Positions 1 to 13,700 of a DNA stretch of 64,000 nucleotides are shown in pieces; position 1 is the stretch's first letter; each line of letters starts with the position of its first letter. Origin of the DNA: Owenia fusiformis (taxonomy: Eukaryota). The stretch lies in the NCBI GenBank assembly GCA_903813345.2, contig CAIIXF020000001.1, positions 14,508,001-14,572,000 of the forward strand, read 5' to 3'. The notes below the pieces were generated by a model. It was not told the DNA's origin, did not search any database, and worked only from the letters and a program-made list of their open reading frames with translations. Both the position numbers and the translations under genes were made by a program.

Positions 1-100
1 GTGATTTTGGCCATTGTTGGACCAAAATTGTCACAAGTGAAACCCCCCTGGAATTTTTCAAAAAGTGAACCCCCCTTGGCAAATCCTGGCTACGGGCCTG
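1..100. mobile_element. Right terminus of a non-autonomous TIR DNA element (CCTGGCTACGGGCCTG end), truncated by the window edge
   Basis: Ends in ...cccccttggcaaatcctggctacgggcctg. The identical 16-nt terminus occurs at 29555-29570, and related termini bound 48610-52684. Confidence 0.6.
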
Positions 101-1367
101 ATTGCACTAAAAAACAAAAAAATGTTAACAAAAACAGTAAATAAAATATATATAGATAATTTTTGCATTAAATTGTTGCCAACATGACATAAAGGACCGT
201 GTTTTTTAACATAATGTTTTCAATAGTGGTTTAAGACAAAAACATTGTTGAATCCAGTTCACCATTTCGATACCTATCCTTTCTGGGTAATTTTAACTGT
301 TAATTGGAAAATAATTTTTATACTTCTGTTATGCTGGCAACTTCGATTCATATTTGTAATTTGCGATTAATTTGTCACACGGATAACTCTTGATTCCATC
401 GATTGTCTGATTCAGTGACCGGCTGTTGCCTAGAGGGTAGCGCACTCGCGTAAACTGTTGACTGGCTATAGTTGCTGACCTAGCATAAACATGTTAGTTA
501 GTTAATTAGTAAGATATTTATTAAAGTCTCACGTTGTTTACAATTTACATTCTGAAATATCATTCAATAATCAACATGAAGTCGAGTAAGTGAATGTCAA
601 ATTGGCAGCCATGATCTAGCGACATCGCCAGGTCTTACCTTGATTAATTTGTAAATTGCTTTTTTGACATATTAGATGACAAGCTCCAAATGACTCACAT
701 ACATTTTTATTTAAAACATAAAACCCAGCGACAAATTATCAAACTTCAAAAATATATTATTTTGTCACTCACAGAATACACTTGTGATTCCTTGTTCGTT
801 TCAGTTTTTCGGGACACCCGGTGTGAAAGAAATGATGATCCCCCATAGTCCCCAAGGGACTATGGTCCCCTTTCTTAAGCTTAACGGCCCTTACTGGCCC
901 TAATTGCGTATTGCGTATAAGTATAAGGAAAAGAGTTGTATTGAGGTCACCATATAAATCAATGGAGAGTAGGACCATAATTTGATAGGACCTCCTACCC
1001 TTTTACACCGACATGGACGCATTATCGGAAACCTATTGACCAAACTGAATGCCATCATTATAGCCAACAAGACATTTTTGAAAATTCAAAGTTTCATTTT
1101 GTATTTATTCCAAAGTTCCATAACGTATTTATTCATATTGATTAAAAGTGATTTGGTTGCTCATTTGAAAATTTCATAATGGCGCTGATACGCCCACTTA
1201 GGTTGTCATGTGTAAATGTAAAGTTACATTTGATTTATTTTTATATGACATACTGGAAATGTTCACTTGTACTTTTCTAATATGTCTTATAAAAATAAAC
1301 TATAACACAATAATGATGTAAAACTAAAAAGGAATATGACACGATGATTTCACCACTTATATGATAA

Positions 1368-1571
1368 AGCATTCACTCTCAAAATGATGTGGGATAGACA
1401 AAATAAAGTGCACAGGGTTTCAGATTCAGCATCCAGCCGCAAATTAAAGCTGGCGCCATAATCCACAAAATAAAACAACCCAGCCAGTCGTAGGAAGAAA
1501 TTGCGTCAGATTCCGATCACTTTCCCTCAACCATTAATGCCATAACGAGCATACATCTAGATAGACTAAAT
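1368..1571. repeat. Diverged interspersed repeat, copy 1 (copy 2 at ~60373-60613)
   Basis: Collinear shared blocks gcattca.tctcaaa(a)tgatgtgggataga / cgccataatcca / tcaaccattaatgccata / tagat.gactaaat in both places. Confidence 0.6.
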
Positions 1572-4500
1572 ATTATACTATCCCGATCTTTGTATTTTGA
1601 AATTCGTGTTTACTTTGACATGATTTCACTTATTTGTGGAAGCTAGAAACCAGATAGAAATTACCCAGAACGCAGAGTTAGCATTCTTTATTGTGACTTT
1701 TTGCCCTTATTTTTTCTCACATAGCGTCAGATATTTAGATACAAAGTGTCATTTTATGGGTTACATTAAATCGTTTTAAAAGGTATATACAAGTTGCCGT
1801 TTTCGAGCTATCGTTGGAGTCACCTGTATGAGCATACAATTTCAATAAAAACTTGTATTGTATAGTTGAGTTTTCAATTATTTATTCCAAAAATGTCATC
1901 CCTTTTAACAGAGCTTGATAAGAAAATGCTAAGGTTCGTGACAACGTGGACAGCCTACCCACACTATTCCCATTACGAAATGGAAGGAGATGTACGTTCT
2001 ATAATTGTTATAAATTACTACCTGTAGTCTTGTGATTTTATCATGCTTTGTAATGGAAATGACAAGGTATTAAACAAAATTTATTGATTGTTAGAAAACG
2101 TCATTGAGTTTCTCTTTGTGGAACGTCATGACAAGAAGTTCAAAATAAAAAAGGTACTCTAAAAATAGATACACACGGTGTATATGACATAGGTATCAAC
2201 TACATTAGATCATTACACATGTTGATACACTAGAAAATCCAACAGTGGGTTACATGAAGCTGATACCTGAAACGTAGAATTAGCAGAGAAACTGTTCATT
2301 GACTCAAACAGTGTAGCTAACTTTGTAATACACCGTTTGTGGTAGAGGAGATGGAACTATATAGCGCAACTTCTTGATATACGTATTATCCAAGCAGAGA
2401 GCTAAACAGTCACATTCGTTTAGAACGTAGAACGCTCGAGTCCTTCAATAATAGTCGCTGTTTCCAGAATCGGAAAATGCTCAAATACTAACGTTATTAG
2501 GAATATAATGCTATTACGTGATTTATATCGAGAAACATACGGGTTGAAGCTAATAAAACAGTTGATCCAAATCTCTGGAGACGATCTACTGCTCACGATG
2601 GCGCTGTAAGAAGTATTTCGAGGCACTGGGGAGATAACATTTTACACCTAGTCTAGTAGAAAAATGGAGCGGTTTGGGACCTAAACTCGATATTGCTTTT
2701 TATTTTCGATCATGTAGGAGATGCTTCAACAATATCTGATCATAATTGGATGAAATGAAGCAGATGTGAGGACATGGATGTAGTAGATAAATCAAAAGAA
2801 ATTATACAGTGAAACAATAAAGTAATAGGTAAGAGTGTTTCAAATTAGATTTTCAGTCGACTACTAGTTATTACACAAAATATTGAACTCATAATCATTG
2901 TATAATTTATATGAAAAATAACTATTTTTGTTTCTACAAATCATTGTACGCAAGTCAATTTAACGACACATGCATGTAACTGCTAATAGCTTTTCCCTTA
3001 AAGATACTATTATTAAACGCAGAGAATCTTCGTCGTCTGCATCCCATACTGAGTTCGATCAAGTCATGCGCACACTTATACGTATATAGAATGCATATTT
3101 GTATATCAGAATAATTGTTACAATATGCGTCTCCACCCTTCTAAATAAATCAATTATAATCAAATAACTTTTTATGAAACTATTATGGTAACATATGGAA
3201 AATGTTTTCGATTTTGTATCAACCTTTTAACAACATTCCAAATAATGGTAATACTCAAATTCATCCGATAAAGGTCTCAAATTCACCCGATAAAGGTGAT
3301 GTAAATTGTCATCCATCAGTTAGCGCGATTAATGGGATCTTTGTTTCTATTCTCATCTATCAAGAGGAAATAAAAACAAGATAAGGACTGTCAAATAAAA
3401 ACGAGCTTTGGGCAAATAAATTTGAATAGCAGAATGGAAGAATAAAGATGGATGGATGAAACATATTAAGGTGTCAATGGCTTCTATAATTCTTCTTGGA
3501 ATTGTTCTTTTGTTGTTATCCAAGAATTAATCAACCTTGAAATATGTCTAGATTCGCATTACACGCATGAACAACATACCATTATGTTTGTAAGTCAAAA
3601 CAATATGGGGATATTTCATTTTTATTAATGGGATAAGACGTTATCATAATAAGATGATATTGTTAGTAATGTAAGACCTAACATTTTTATCTCCGTTTGG
3701 TATTAGATTCTAATTTCTCCCCCACAGGGAATGAAAACGCGTTTAGTATTATCGTAAAGAACATCCGGAAATATTTCATGATGGTCAATACACTTTCAAT
3801 AGTTTTTTTATTGTTTTTTTTACTTTACTTCCGGTTTGAGAATTAAAAAATATATTTCTGATATAGTCTTAGTCTTCTGATATAAATCTTAGCATAATTT
3901 GTAGCTTTAACAGCTATTCTTGACGAAGAAAGCATCAAGTAAACATTTTTAAACCATTCCAAGCCATTTAATTATTTAGTTTTTGATCCGAAATCGAACT
4001 ATTGAATCATCCCCAAAGGGAAGCACAGTTTTGTTTGTCTGTGAATAATTTGCCGTTGTGTTTTTTCCAAAGCAAAAAATTCGCTATTTTCATCCCCAAA
4101 ACATAAAAATTGTTACAAAATGACAGCTTTTTATTTATAAAGTGTTTCTAGAATATGGGGTAATATAAACCAGCAACAAATAGTTATTCCTCCAAAATAT
4201 ACTGATTTTTATCAATTGATGAAATTTGCATATAACACATATACAACTTTCAAATAGCAGGTTTGTGCTTTAATTTGACCATTAGTGGAGAAGTATACGT
4301 AATGAAATTAACAATAATGCAAAAAAGTGCACGCTACGTTATGACGATGTTTTCAATGGTTTAATCGTGCTATATCACAACTTCCCTTTACATGCTTTGA
4401 CAACATAGTTTTTCCCACTCATTAAATCTCTTTTTATGTACTGAGTGTTCCCACTCAAAATAATTAAAAAATTCTCCATTCAAAAACTTATTTTGGTCCA

Positions 4501-5269
4501 CTCTGTATCTAAGGGCTATATTTAGCTTACCATTGATCTGTGTAAAATTCTTTGACCCTCCCATTTTCATAGCTAATTTCAAATTGATGAGAAGCATCGA
4601 TCCAATGAGTCTGGTAACCAAAAAAGGCGTTCGGAGTTTGTTGAAAAACTTTGAGATGTTGCATAGTTTAAAATAATACAGATCAAAAACATTTTTAGTA
4701 AATGATAGAATACTGTCTCAACTGCTATAATACAATTCTTCTTGAGTTCTATAATGCATGTATCAGCAGATACTTTAAAACATGGAGATATACAACGCAT
4801 TGCCGTTTATCATCTTATTTGGAATAACTAATTCGGAGTTAGTTCATGAAGATGTGAATCCATCGATAGACTGTTTCGTTCAATCCAACATCAACTAAAT
4901 TAATTTTAGAAAGAAACAAGCGGAACTTTTCGAAGTGAGACTTTAACTGGATAAAGTGACATTAATAGGTTGGAATTGTTGCAATTGAAATAAGAGTAAT
5001 ATATTGTCAGCACGAGACATAGAATATATACACGAACTGTTAATTATCGGGTCTTTTAACGCCCTTGTCTAGATACCAGACATGGCCAATCTCATTCCTT
5101 TGCCTTGAATTCTTACTAACAAGTGACACAATTGGTTCAATATTCTGATTTGTATAGTGAATAAAAATGGAATGTTTTGTGTCAGCTCTTGAGTATTTCA
5201 ACGACATTTAGGAGATATTGGCAAATTGCAGCTGATTTGATTACTGTGACATCAAATTTACCAAATGCG

Positions 5270-5960
5270 TAGCATATTTGTGGTGTGCCACAGGGGTCTA
5301 TTTTCGGACCGATCTTATACATGTATATATCTGTAGTTATCATATCACTGTCATATTCCTCACTCTTTTATTGGTCCATGTCATACACGTGACTAAAAAA
5401 TAACTAGCGATATTCAACGGAAGTCACGTGACTTCCGGTGAATATCAAATGATATTCAACGGCCATGAATGGACATTTGAAAAACATTCCCAACCTTGTT
5501 TCCCACATGGCCAATACTATGAGTATGAACACAATGGTTCCATTTTCATTGATCCATTGCAATGTTACAATTAATTATAATGTTAACATGAAACCTTAAA
5601 TTAAGATACTACAATTTGGGAGTTGTTATTTATTGACTATACAATTTGGTAGTTGATATTTATTGTTATATTGAAGAAATATAAATGAATATAAAGAAGA
5701 AATATAAATGTATTTCAATGTTAACATATGACTTATTTAATTATATAAGATGTTATGACAGTGATATAATAAAACAAATATTTAATTCTATTTTCGGTGA
5801 ATACCTGTGACACTTTCACAAGATGATATTCCACTGGCCCTTCGGGCTTCGTGGAATATCACTTGTGAAAGATGCACAGGTATTCACCGAAAATAGAATT
5901 AAATATTTGTATAATATCATGACTAATGAAGATGCTTTGTATGCGACGCAGTTACTTTGG
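5270..5960 (+). mobile_element. Degenerate LINE (CR1/L2-group) reverse-transcriptase remnant, split by a Crypton-like insertion
   Basis: 5278-5320 translates CGVPQGSIFGPILY (RT 'GVPQGS.LGP' motif). After the insertion, ttgtatgcgacgcag resembles the LYADDTQ motif. Confidence 0.45.
5340..5915 (+). mobile_element. Non-autonomous Crypton-like element (terminal/subterminal IR pair plus terminal long hairpin)
   Basis: atatcactgtcata (5342) pairs with tatgacagtgatat (5754). This is followed by a ~137-bp near-perfect hairpin at 5774-5910 with a cccttcggg apex. Confidence 0.6.
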
Positions 5961-7623
5961 TCGTTGATATCAATGTTTTCGTTAATACCCAACTGAGAAA
6001 ATATTCATATATTTTAAATATAATGTACTTCATATTATTCGGAACACGCATTGTCACATATTGCAACAACGTTGGCGGGAAGTCACAAATATAAAACTTA
6101 CATGAACAAATAATGACTGCCCCTAAAAATCATGTCTTCATCTCACTCTTAATACATATCACATGTGCACACTTTTTGATAAAAATTACTTACTCAAACG
6201 CCCATGGTTAATATGTACATTAATAATGAGTAAAAAGAAAAAACAAGGAATAATTTATCAGTGCTTTTAATAAACGTCACTTATTTTTTCCCGGTCTTTG
6301 TGACTTTGAAGTAGTTAAACAAAAAGATAAGTTGGAGAAACTCTAGAACAACCGAATCATTCATAATCTGGTAAGAAAGTAATTACTATCATTCAATTTG
6401 ATGTATGTAAGTCTTGTCATTGTTAAACAAAATTTATATTGCCATTTCATTATGGTCTTATGGTATTATTTTGGTATCATTTTATATTGACTGATATAAC
6501 ATACAAGAATGTCTCTTATTCCACACAGCCATGAAAATATGAAGAGTAAATTGATTTTCTAAAAAGTATCACCGTCACAGATATCTTCAAAACCGAAGCA
6601 TTGTTTTTCTTTTAAAGAGATAGAAGGTGTCAATATTGAAACTTGCACCTGACATCCAGACTTATAATCATATAATAGTTGGAATTAACATAGACCTACG
6701 TCAAAGCTATTGTAGCGTAGTTTGCCTCCTAATAATATGCGATTGACAGGCGAACAATGTCTAATAAGTGTGTAAATACAATGCATAATGCTGTGTTGAT
6801 TTGATGCCGACATGGCGCAGTGTACCAGTATCGCTGGTTGTGCTAGCACATGCATAAAGGTGATCAAGAGTGCATCCGTAACAATATTTGCATCCGTGTT
6901 TTTCATGTGTCATTGAAGTGTGTGTTTTCTCTGCAAAATCGACATCACAGAGATCCAATCTGAATTAATCTTTCTTGGAGCATGAGATTAGAATGAGAAA
7001 TTGCAAATGTTGGCATAATCCATTAGAAGATTCCTATGAAACCAAGAACGACATGGACTTTGATGTCACGGTTGATCCGAAATCAATATATTAACTATCA
7101 CATTGACAAATGATGCATTCAAAATCGAATTATCAATACAAAAATTATTCGATCTAAAGTGATGTTGGTTTGCTTTCAGATCGATATGTGACTTATGATT
7201 GGGTCGTTAGATTACAATATGTGGAAGTCGAGTTGATGATGTTCACCACACTATCGAAGCTACGACCGTACAGAAATTGTTACAATACCGAGAAAATAAT
7301 TTCCATTACAGATAATAGGCATTGAGGCATATACACTATATTTATGTGTTCAATATATCACAGTTACAGTGCATTCGGACAGAGACATAGACATATTCAT
7401 GTTGTTTTCGATTCCGATTGAATTGTTCAACGAAATAAAGAATAAAAAATCGCCACTTAAATAACAATCAAGATGTCATTGACTCTTAGCATAAACTCCG
7501 ACATAAAAATGGTAATTGTTATAATGCGAATACATCCTATTCAGAAAGATATTCAGGATAACTAAAGCTGTTTCCGCATTGTGTGAAATTGTTTTAAAAC
7601 ATCGATCACAAACACACAGCAAA

Positions 7624-9048
7624 ATGTTCAATGTGTCTTTCAACGATGCGGACTTAGAGTCCGATGGATCGGCTGCTGAGACGTACGTCGTGATGGGGAT
7701 GTTGATCTTCTTGTCGGTTGTAGGGACATCTGGGAACATTATTGTCATCCGGGTGTTTTCTACTGGAAAAGACCACTTGACATCAGTCTTCTTCATATTG
7801 GTTCTTGCCGTCACTGACCTATTTACATGCGTTGTCATTATGCCATTTACTGTATACATGGAATATGTGAAATACAATACTGATTCTGACTTTATCTGTA
7901 AGTTTTACCATATGGTGATCACATCCAACATTCCGTTTTCTGCATTCATCATGGCTGCTATATCTGTCGATCGCTATCTGTGCATCTGTCAGCCTTTTAC
8001 GAAGTACATGACGACATTCAAAGCTAAAGTAGTGACTGGATGTCTTGCAGTATTGTCACTGGCCCTCAGTATTATTCCCGTCTTGAGTGAAAGCGTTTAC
8101 CACTTAGAGTATGCAAACACTACGGACAACAAACCTCACAAAACGCCGTATAATGGTTCCCTACATGACCATACTTCACCAACCACTGAGTCGTTTCTGA
8201 CAAGCACAGGAAAAGTACGTAATAGCTCTCATGTGGGTCAAAGAAAATTGGTATTAAATAACGTAGGTCATTGTAATGTTACATCTCTTATTGTACCGAC
8301 AGATGTTAGAATAGCCTATAGAAAACTATATACAGCTATATTTCTTGCTTCCGTATTAGTTGTCCTTATTATGTATATTATGATTTACGTTTTCATTGTC
8401 CGGCGACGAAGCCGATATAGTGCGAACCGTCCTAGCACTTTGGAAAGCACCTCGTATGGAAAACGTAAGGGTTCTAAAGCAACGGTTGACACTACAACTA
8501 AGAATGGTGACGATATAACCGCGGAAAATGAACAAGAACAAAAATTGATTGACTCTAAAATTAGTAGTACACATGCGAGTCCAGATGATCAATCCAAAAA
8601 ATTAAGTGGAAATAGAAATACAAGCCCTGGCAAAGGCACCGGTGAGGTACTTAAAGAAAAAACATATAAACCACATTTATCAAATGGGAGGCATGTGTCT
8701 ATTGCATTACCGATGGTAGTGAACAACACCGTTTCTCATCAATTTAGTGTGGAAGATGATAGACCAACAGTTTGTATATCATGTATGCCAATGGACAGAC
8801 ATACGCGAGCCAACATTAAACTGGCTATTATGTTATTTGTTGTTGTAGTTGTATTCCTTATCTTCTACATCCCCGCTTTTATGATGAGCCTTTTCATTAT
8901 AGATATTAATAAGGTCGTGTTTTACATGTATTTTGCTCATAATGTGGCAAATCCTATCATTTATGCTTACATGAACACTAACTTCCGAGATGAAGCTAGA
9001 CGTCTATTTGCATCGCGTTGTCAAAACAGTCGCCAACAAAGGTTTTAG
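7624..9048 (+). CDS. Intronless rhodopsin-family (class A) GPCR, peptide-receptor-like orphan, 474 aa
   Basis: Seven hydrophobic segments with class-A motifs: GN (TM1), LAVTD (TM2), Cys at the top of TM3, DRY (SVDRYLCICQP), ECL2 Cys (GHCNVT), FYIP (CWxP equivalent, TM6) and NPIIY (TM7). Long polar ICL3. First in-frame ATG is 7624 (aaaATG); the ORF-track start at 7579 is a TTG. Confidence 0.93.
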   Translation: MFNVSFNDADLESDGSAAETYVVMGMLIFLSVVGTSGNIIVIRVFSTGKDHLTSVFFILVLAVTDLFTCVVIMPFTVYMEYVKYNTDSDFICKFYHMVITSNIPFSAFIMAAISVDRYLCICQPFTKYMTTFKAKVVTGCLAVLSLALSIIPVLSESVYHLEYANTTDNKPHKTPYNGSLHDHTSPTTESFLTSTGKVRNSSHVGQRKLVLNNVGHCNVTSLIVPTDVRIAYRKLYTAIFLASVLVVLIMYIMIYVFIVRRRSRYSANRPSTLESTSYGKRKGSKATVDTTTKNGDDITAENEQEQKLIDSKISSTHASPDDQSKKLSGNRNTSPGKGTGEVLKEKTYKPHLSNGRHVSIALPMVVNNTVSHQFSVEDDRPTVCISCMPMDRHTRANIKLAIMLFVVVVVFLIFYIPAFMMSLFIIDINKVVFYMYFAHNVANPIIYAYMNTNFRDEARRLFASRCQNSRQQRF

Positions 9049-10789
9049 GAATGAGAATGTTGTTTTCACTCTTAATGCTTGACAAAAACAAAGGCATGGT
9101 ATGATGATCGTGCTCATCAAGACTATTTTCGTGAAGACAAAGCTATCATGTAACATTGCGATTACGATTGACAGGGTTTCTCAAACTTTCACTTTGGATT
9201 TCGAGGAGGAATTCGAATTGTTCTATGACCAAATTCGCCCAAACTTGTTTAGGCATGAACAGGCTTGCACGGACAGTTTCGTGTGTCTTGGCGTGTCCTT
9301 TCTTGCCTAAGCATGATTTGCCAATACACATACGTATACTCAGGTATGATCAACCTTCGCCATGATAGTTAATTCGGAATGACAACGCTCAGAGGTATGA
9401 CCGATCTTTCATTCGTTGTTATTACATGATTAAGTTTGACAATTTCGCCCAGTATGTTTGTCAAAAACCTTGGCCTAAAGGGGAATTATTTTAAATATGT
9501 CGAACTAGTCGCTAAATTTGTCAAAGCATCGTGGAACATTCCAGCGCAAGTTTTACTGTTTGAAGACCTTTTCATGAAAGTTATTAATTCATGATCAAAG
9601 ATGTACCCTACTTAGAACTTTTTCATATTCGCAAAATTGCAGACAGATCCATTGAAGGGGAAAGATTGTGAAAACAGAAATGTAAATCATACCAATGAGG
9701 TTTCGATAGGTCGTAACTCACACAGATATGATTAAGAATGGCACTGAGATTATAATTAGCCATGCATTACCGTTGAATTATGATATTTTAATTGAGAAAC
9801 ATTGCAATGAATTCATTCATTTATTTCCAAAGGTTGTCATTGAGATGCCTATCATCAAAAATATCGTAATTGTAATTACCCTCTGGAGTATTTTGTCTAA
9901 AAACAAGGTCGTTTTGGAAGAAAGGATTTGTGATCGTTTAAACTAACACTTTGCTTGGGTATTAAAGAAGATATCATATATGATATATTAATGTCAATCA
10001 TATACTGCATTATCATTTTAGATTAAGAGGAACATTAAGCTAATTGGATATAGTGCAACAAATATAATAGTTATACATACCACCTACGTGGTAGAATGTT
10101 ACATTGCTACGGACATGCTTAATTAACCGTAAGCAAAAAAACTATGCTGTTAGTTGCAGATGTACAACAAAGCTACTTTCAATGATTATAAATGATGTAT
10201 TATAAGTATCATTAGCTCTTGAAGTACTTGGACAGAATATGGTATACGATATGAGCATGCAAGTAGCATTCGAGTGGTTGTACCTTAGATTATTCATCTT
10301 ATTTATCTACATCTTTATAATGGGGTTAAATCAAGATATGCATGGATGCACATCCAAGGTCTTTTCTAGAATGCTGTAGTATTTAGCTGATTGGCCTTGC
10401 GTTGAAATGTCGTAAATCAAAACTGCTCATTTCTAAAGAGACTGGCATTTGTCATACTCTTAAGTGTGCATTTGTTTAAGTGGGATTAGTGGGGACTCTT
10501 CAGACCAAACGTTCCGGGGCACTTATTAGATAATAAAGGTTAATATGACTATTGAACAATGCCCAGGAATATAAGCCGGGAGATTTCTACTTAACAAATA
10601 CACACTTGGATCACACTTAATTGGAGTAAATGTTGATACTTTTTAGTCAAGTAATAAAAATGGGGAATGTTCATTACGAACTTGGTAGGGGCGGATATGA
10701 TGTGAAATCCGTGTGACAAGAATTCCGCCCACGTAGAATATTGTACACGGCCAGTTAAGTGTGTTTGAATATTTTTGACGATATTTCCA

Positions 10790-13050
10790 TATATTGTATC
10801 ATTGTTCGTGATGTACATGTACTGCAAGACGTATATAAATACCATTATTCTGTGTTGTTGACGTATATCTACACACACATACCCATCTGTCTTATTGTAT
10901 TATTCTCGGTGGTATACATATACTGTAACTCATATATTTTTATTTTCATTGTCGAGGAAGCATACATGTACTTACACACACGATATTCTGTCACCGTTGA
11001 TGACATGATGACGTACATGGACTACCATATGCAGTATGTCATTGTTGGTAATGTATAGGTACTGACATACATACAATTGTTCCATTGTTTTTATGACAAA
11101 CATACGTCCCAAGTCATATTCTGTCACTGTTGATGGTTGATGACGTATATATGATGACGTACACGGACTGTCACATAGTAGTAGTATATCATTGTTTGTA
11201 ATATACAGATACTGAGACACAAAATATCGTTTCATTGTTTTGATGGCGTACATACCTCAACACATGGTATTCTGTCACAGTTCATGAGGTATATATGATG
11301 ACGTAAATGTACTACCACATATATAGTATATCATTGTTGGTAATATACAGATACTGACACACAAAATATTGTTTCATTGTTTTGATGGCGTACATACCTC
11401 AACACATGGTATTCTGTCACTGTTGATGACGTATATATGATGACGTAAATGTACTACCACATATATAGTATATCATTGTTGGTAATATACAGGTACTGAC
11501 ACACAAAATACTGTTTCATTGTTTTGATGGCGTACATACCTCAACACATGGTATTCTGTCACTGTTGATGACGTATATATGATGACGTAAATGTACTACC
11601 ACATATATAGTATATCATTGTTGGTAATATACAGGTACTGACACACAAAATACTGTTTCATTGTTTTGATGGCGTACATACCTCAACGCATGGTATTCTG
11701 TCACTGTTGATGACGTACAAATGTATATATGATGACGTAAATGTACTACCACATATATAGTATACCAGTGGTGGTAATATACAGGTACTGACACGCAAAA
11801 TATTGTTTCATTGTTTTGATGGCGTACATACCTCAACACATGGTATTCTGTCACTGTTGATGACGTATATATGATGACGTAAATGTACTACCACATATAT
11901 AGTATATCATTGTTGGTAATATACAGGTACTGACACACAAAATATTGTTTCATTGTTTTGATGGCGTACATACCTCAACACATGGTATTCTGTCACTGTT
12001 GATGACGTATATATGATGACGTAAATGTACTACCACATATATAGTATATCAATGCTAATATACAGGTACTGACACACAAAATACTGTTTCATTTTTTGAT
12101 GGCGTAAATACCTCCATACGTGGTATTCTGTCACCGTTGATGACGTATATATGATGATGTAAATGTACTGCTACATATAATATGCCATTGTTGGTAGTGC
12201 ACAGGTACTGACACACACAATATTGCTTCATTGTTTTGATGACATTGATACTTCCACACACGGTATTCTGTCACTGTTGATGACGTATATATGATGACGT
12301 ACATGTACTGCCACAGGTATAGTATGTTATTGTTGGTAATGTATAGGCACTGGCACACATACGATTGTTTCATTGTTTTAGTGACGTACAAACTTCCACA
12401 CATGGTATTAATTTTGTCATTGTTGTTAATGTATAGGTACTCGCACACATACTATTGTTTCATTGTTTTGATGACGTACAAACTTCCACACATGGTATTA
12501 TGTCACTGTTGATGACTTATAAATGATAACGTACATGTACTGCTACATATATAGTATGTCATTGTTGATAATATACAGGTACTGACACACATAATATTAG
12601 TTCATTGTTTTATTTTAATGACGTATATACTGCCACGCACGATATTCTGTCACTGTTGATGACGTATATATGATGACATACGTGTACTGCCACATATATA
12701 GTATGCCATTGTTGGTAATGTACATTTATTGACGCATAGTACTATAATATTGTATCATTGCTTGGATAACGTACATGTACAGTCACTCACATATTACATC
12801 AAAGAGGATAACGTATATGTAATGTCACACACACACAATATTGTTTCATTGTTAAAGACGTATGGTGTCCTGACACGTATATTATGTTATTGTTTTTGAT
12901 GAACATGTACTGCAACACATACATGATATGTATATCACATTATTGTTGGTAATGAGCATTTACATCAACACATATATGATATCATTGTTGGTCTATACAT
13001 TCTGTCACACATATATTGTATTGTTGATATTATTCAGTAAATCATATTCA
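10790..13050. repeat. Minisatellite with a 142-bp higher-order unit built from three ~42-55-bp subunits
   Basis: ca(c/g)atggtattctgtca recurs at 11261, 11403, 11545, 11687, 11837 and 11979 (spacing 142, 142, 142, 150, 142). The flanks decay into ~40-bp monomers. Confidence 0.92.
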
Positions 13051-13179
13051 CACATATATTGGCTAGGTATGCATTAGTGCATTCTGACAAACTCGAAGAC
13101 AGTAGCCATGCGTTATCTGAATGCTAATGTTACGAAGAATGTTGCATACATTCGTGGTTGCGCGGTATTTTTGATACGG

Positions 13180-13700
13180 GTGAATATGCCATACTTACCT
13201 GCGGAGTATGCCATATTCCGCAGTAAATATGAAATACATTGATTTCAATGAATACCCGATACTCACCTGCGGAATATGTCATACTCACTTGCGGAATATG
13301 CCATATACCGCAGGTGAATATGACATATACCGCAGGCGAAAACGTGATGCAGAAATACTTGATTTAAATGCGAGAATCAACTCTAAATGTAAAACTACTC
13401 TGGATTACTAATATAGTTAGTGAGTTGAGTACTAATATATGAATCCTGGATTGATTGAGTAAGTTTATTACTTGAGATTGGTGAGTGCAGTGAGTAAGTT
13501 GATATATTCGATACACTGTACTGTTCAGAAATTCAGTAATAATTTATAAATTTTTAATCGTTCGTTCAAACGATGCAATTGACAATTGCGTAAATCCGTA
13601 TCACGTTCTCATTGGTTAGTTGTATGTCATATACCGCAGGTGAATCTGTCATACACCGCAAGTGAATATGTCATATTCGTTGCGGAATATGACATATATT
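13180..13700. repeat. Interspersed element with ~21-bp AATATGYCATAYWCCGCAGGTG tandem/inverted repeats at both ends
   Basis: Arrays of aatatg(c/t)cata.../ccgcaggtg at 13183-13336 and 13623-13697, in mixed orientation. Confidence 0.55.

Noticed and set aside
1900-4830. Protein-like fragments (e.g. ENPTVGYMKLIP; minus-strand ORFs at 4388-4800) suggesting a decayed gene
   Set aside because: Frequent stops and no motif I can assign with confidence. A translated search would be needed.
7476-8592. Antisense ORFs (133 aa, 78 aa) over the GPCR, and likewise 38953-39375 and 55053-55343 over the transporter exons
   Set aside because: Shadow ORFs on the opposite strand of real coding sequence, with no independent motifs.
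10972-12512. Several 68-105 aa ORFs with repeated peptide motifs
   Set aside because: They are translations of the 142-bp minisatellite. The unit is not a multiple of 3 and frames close repeatedly.
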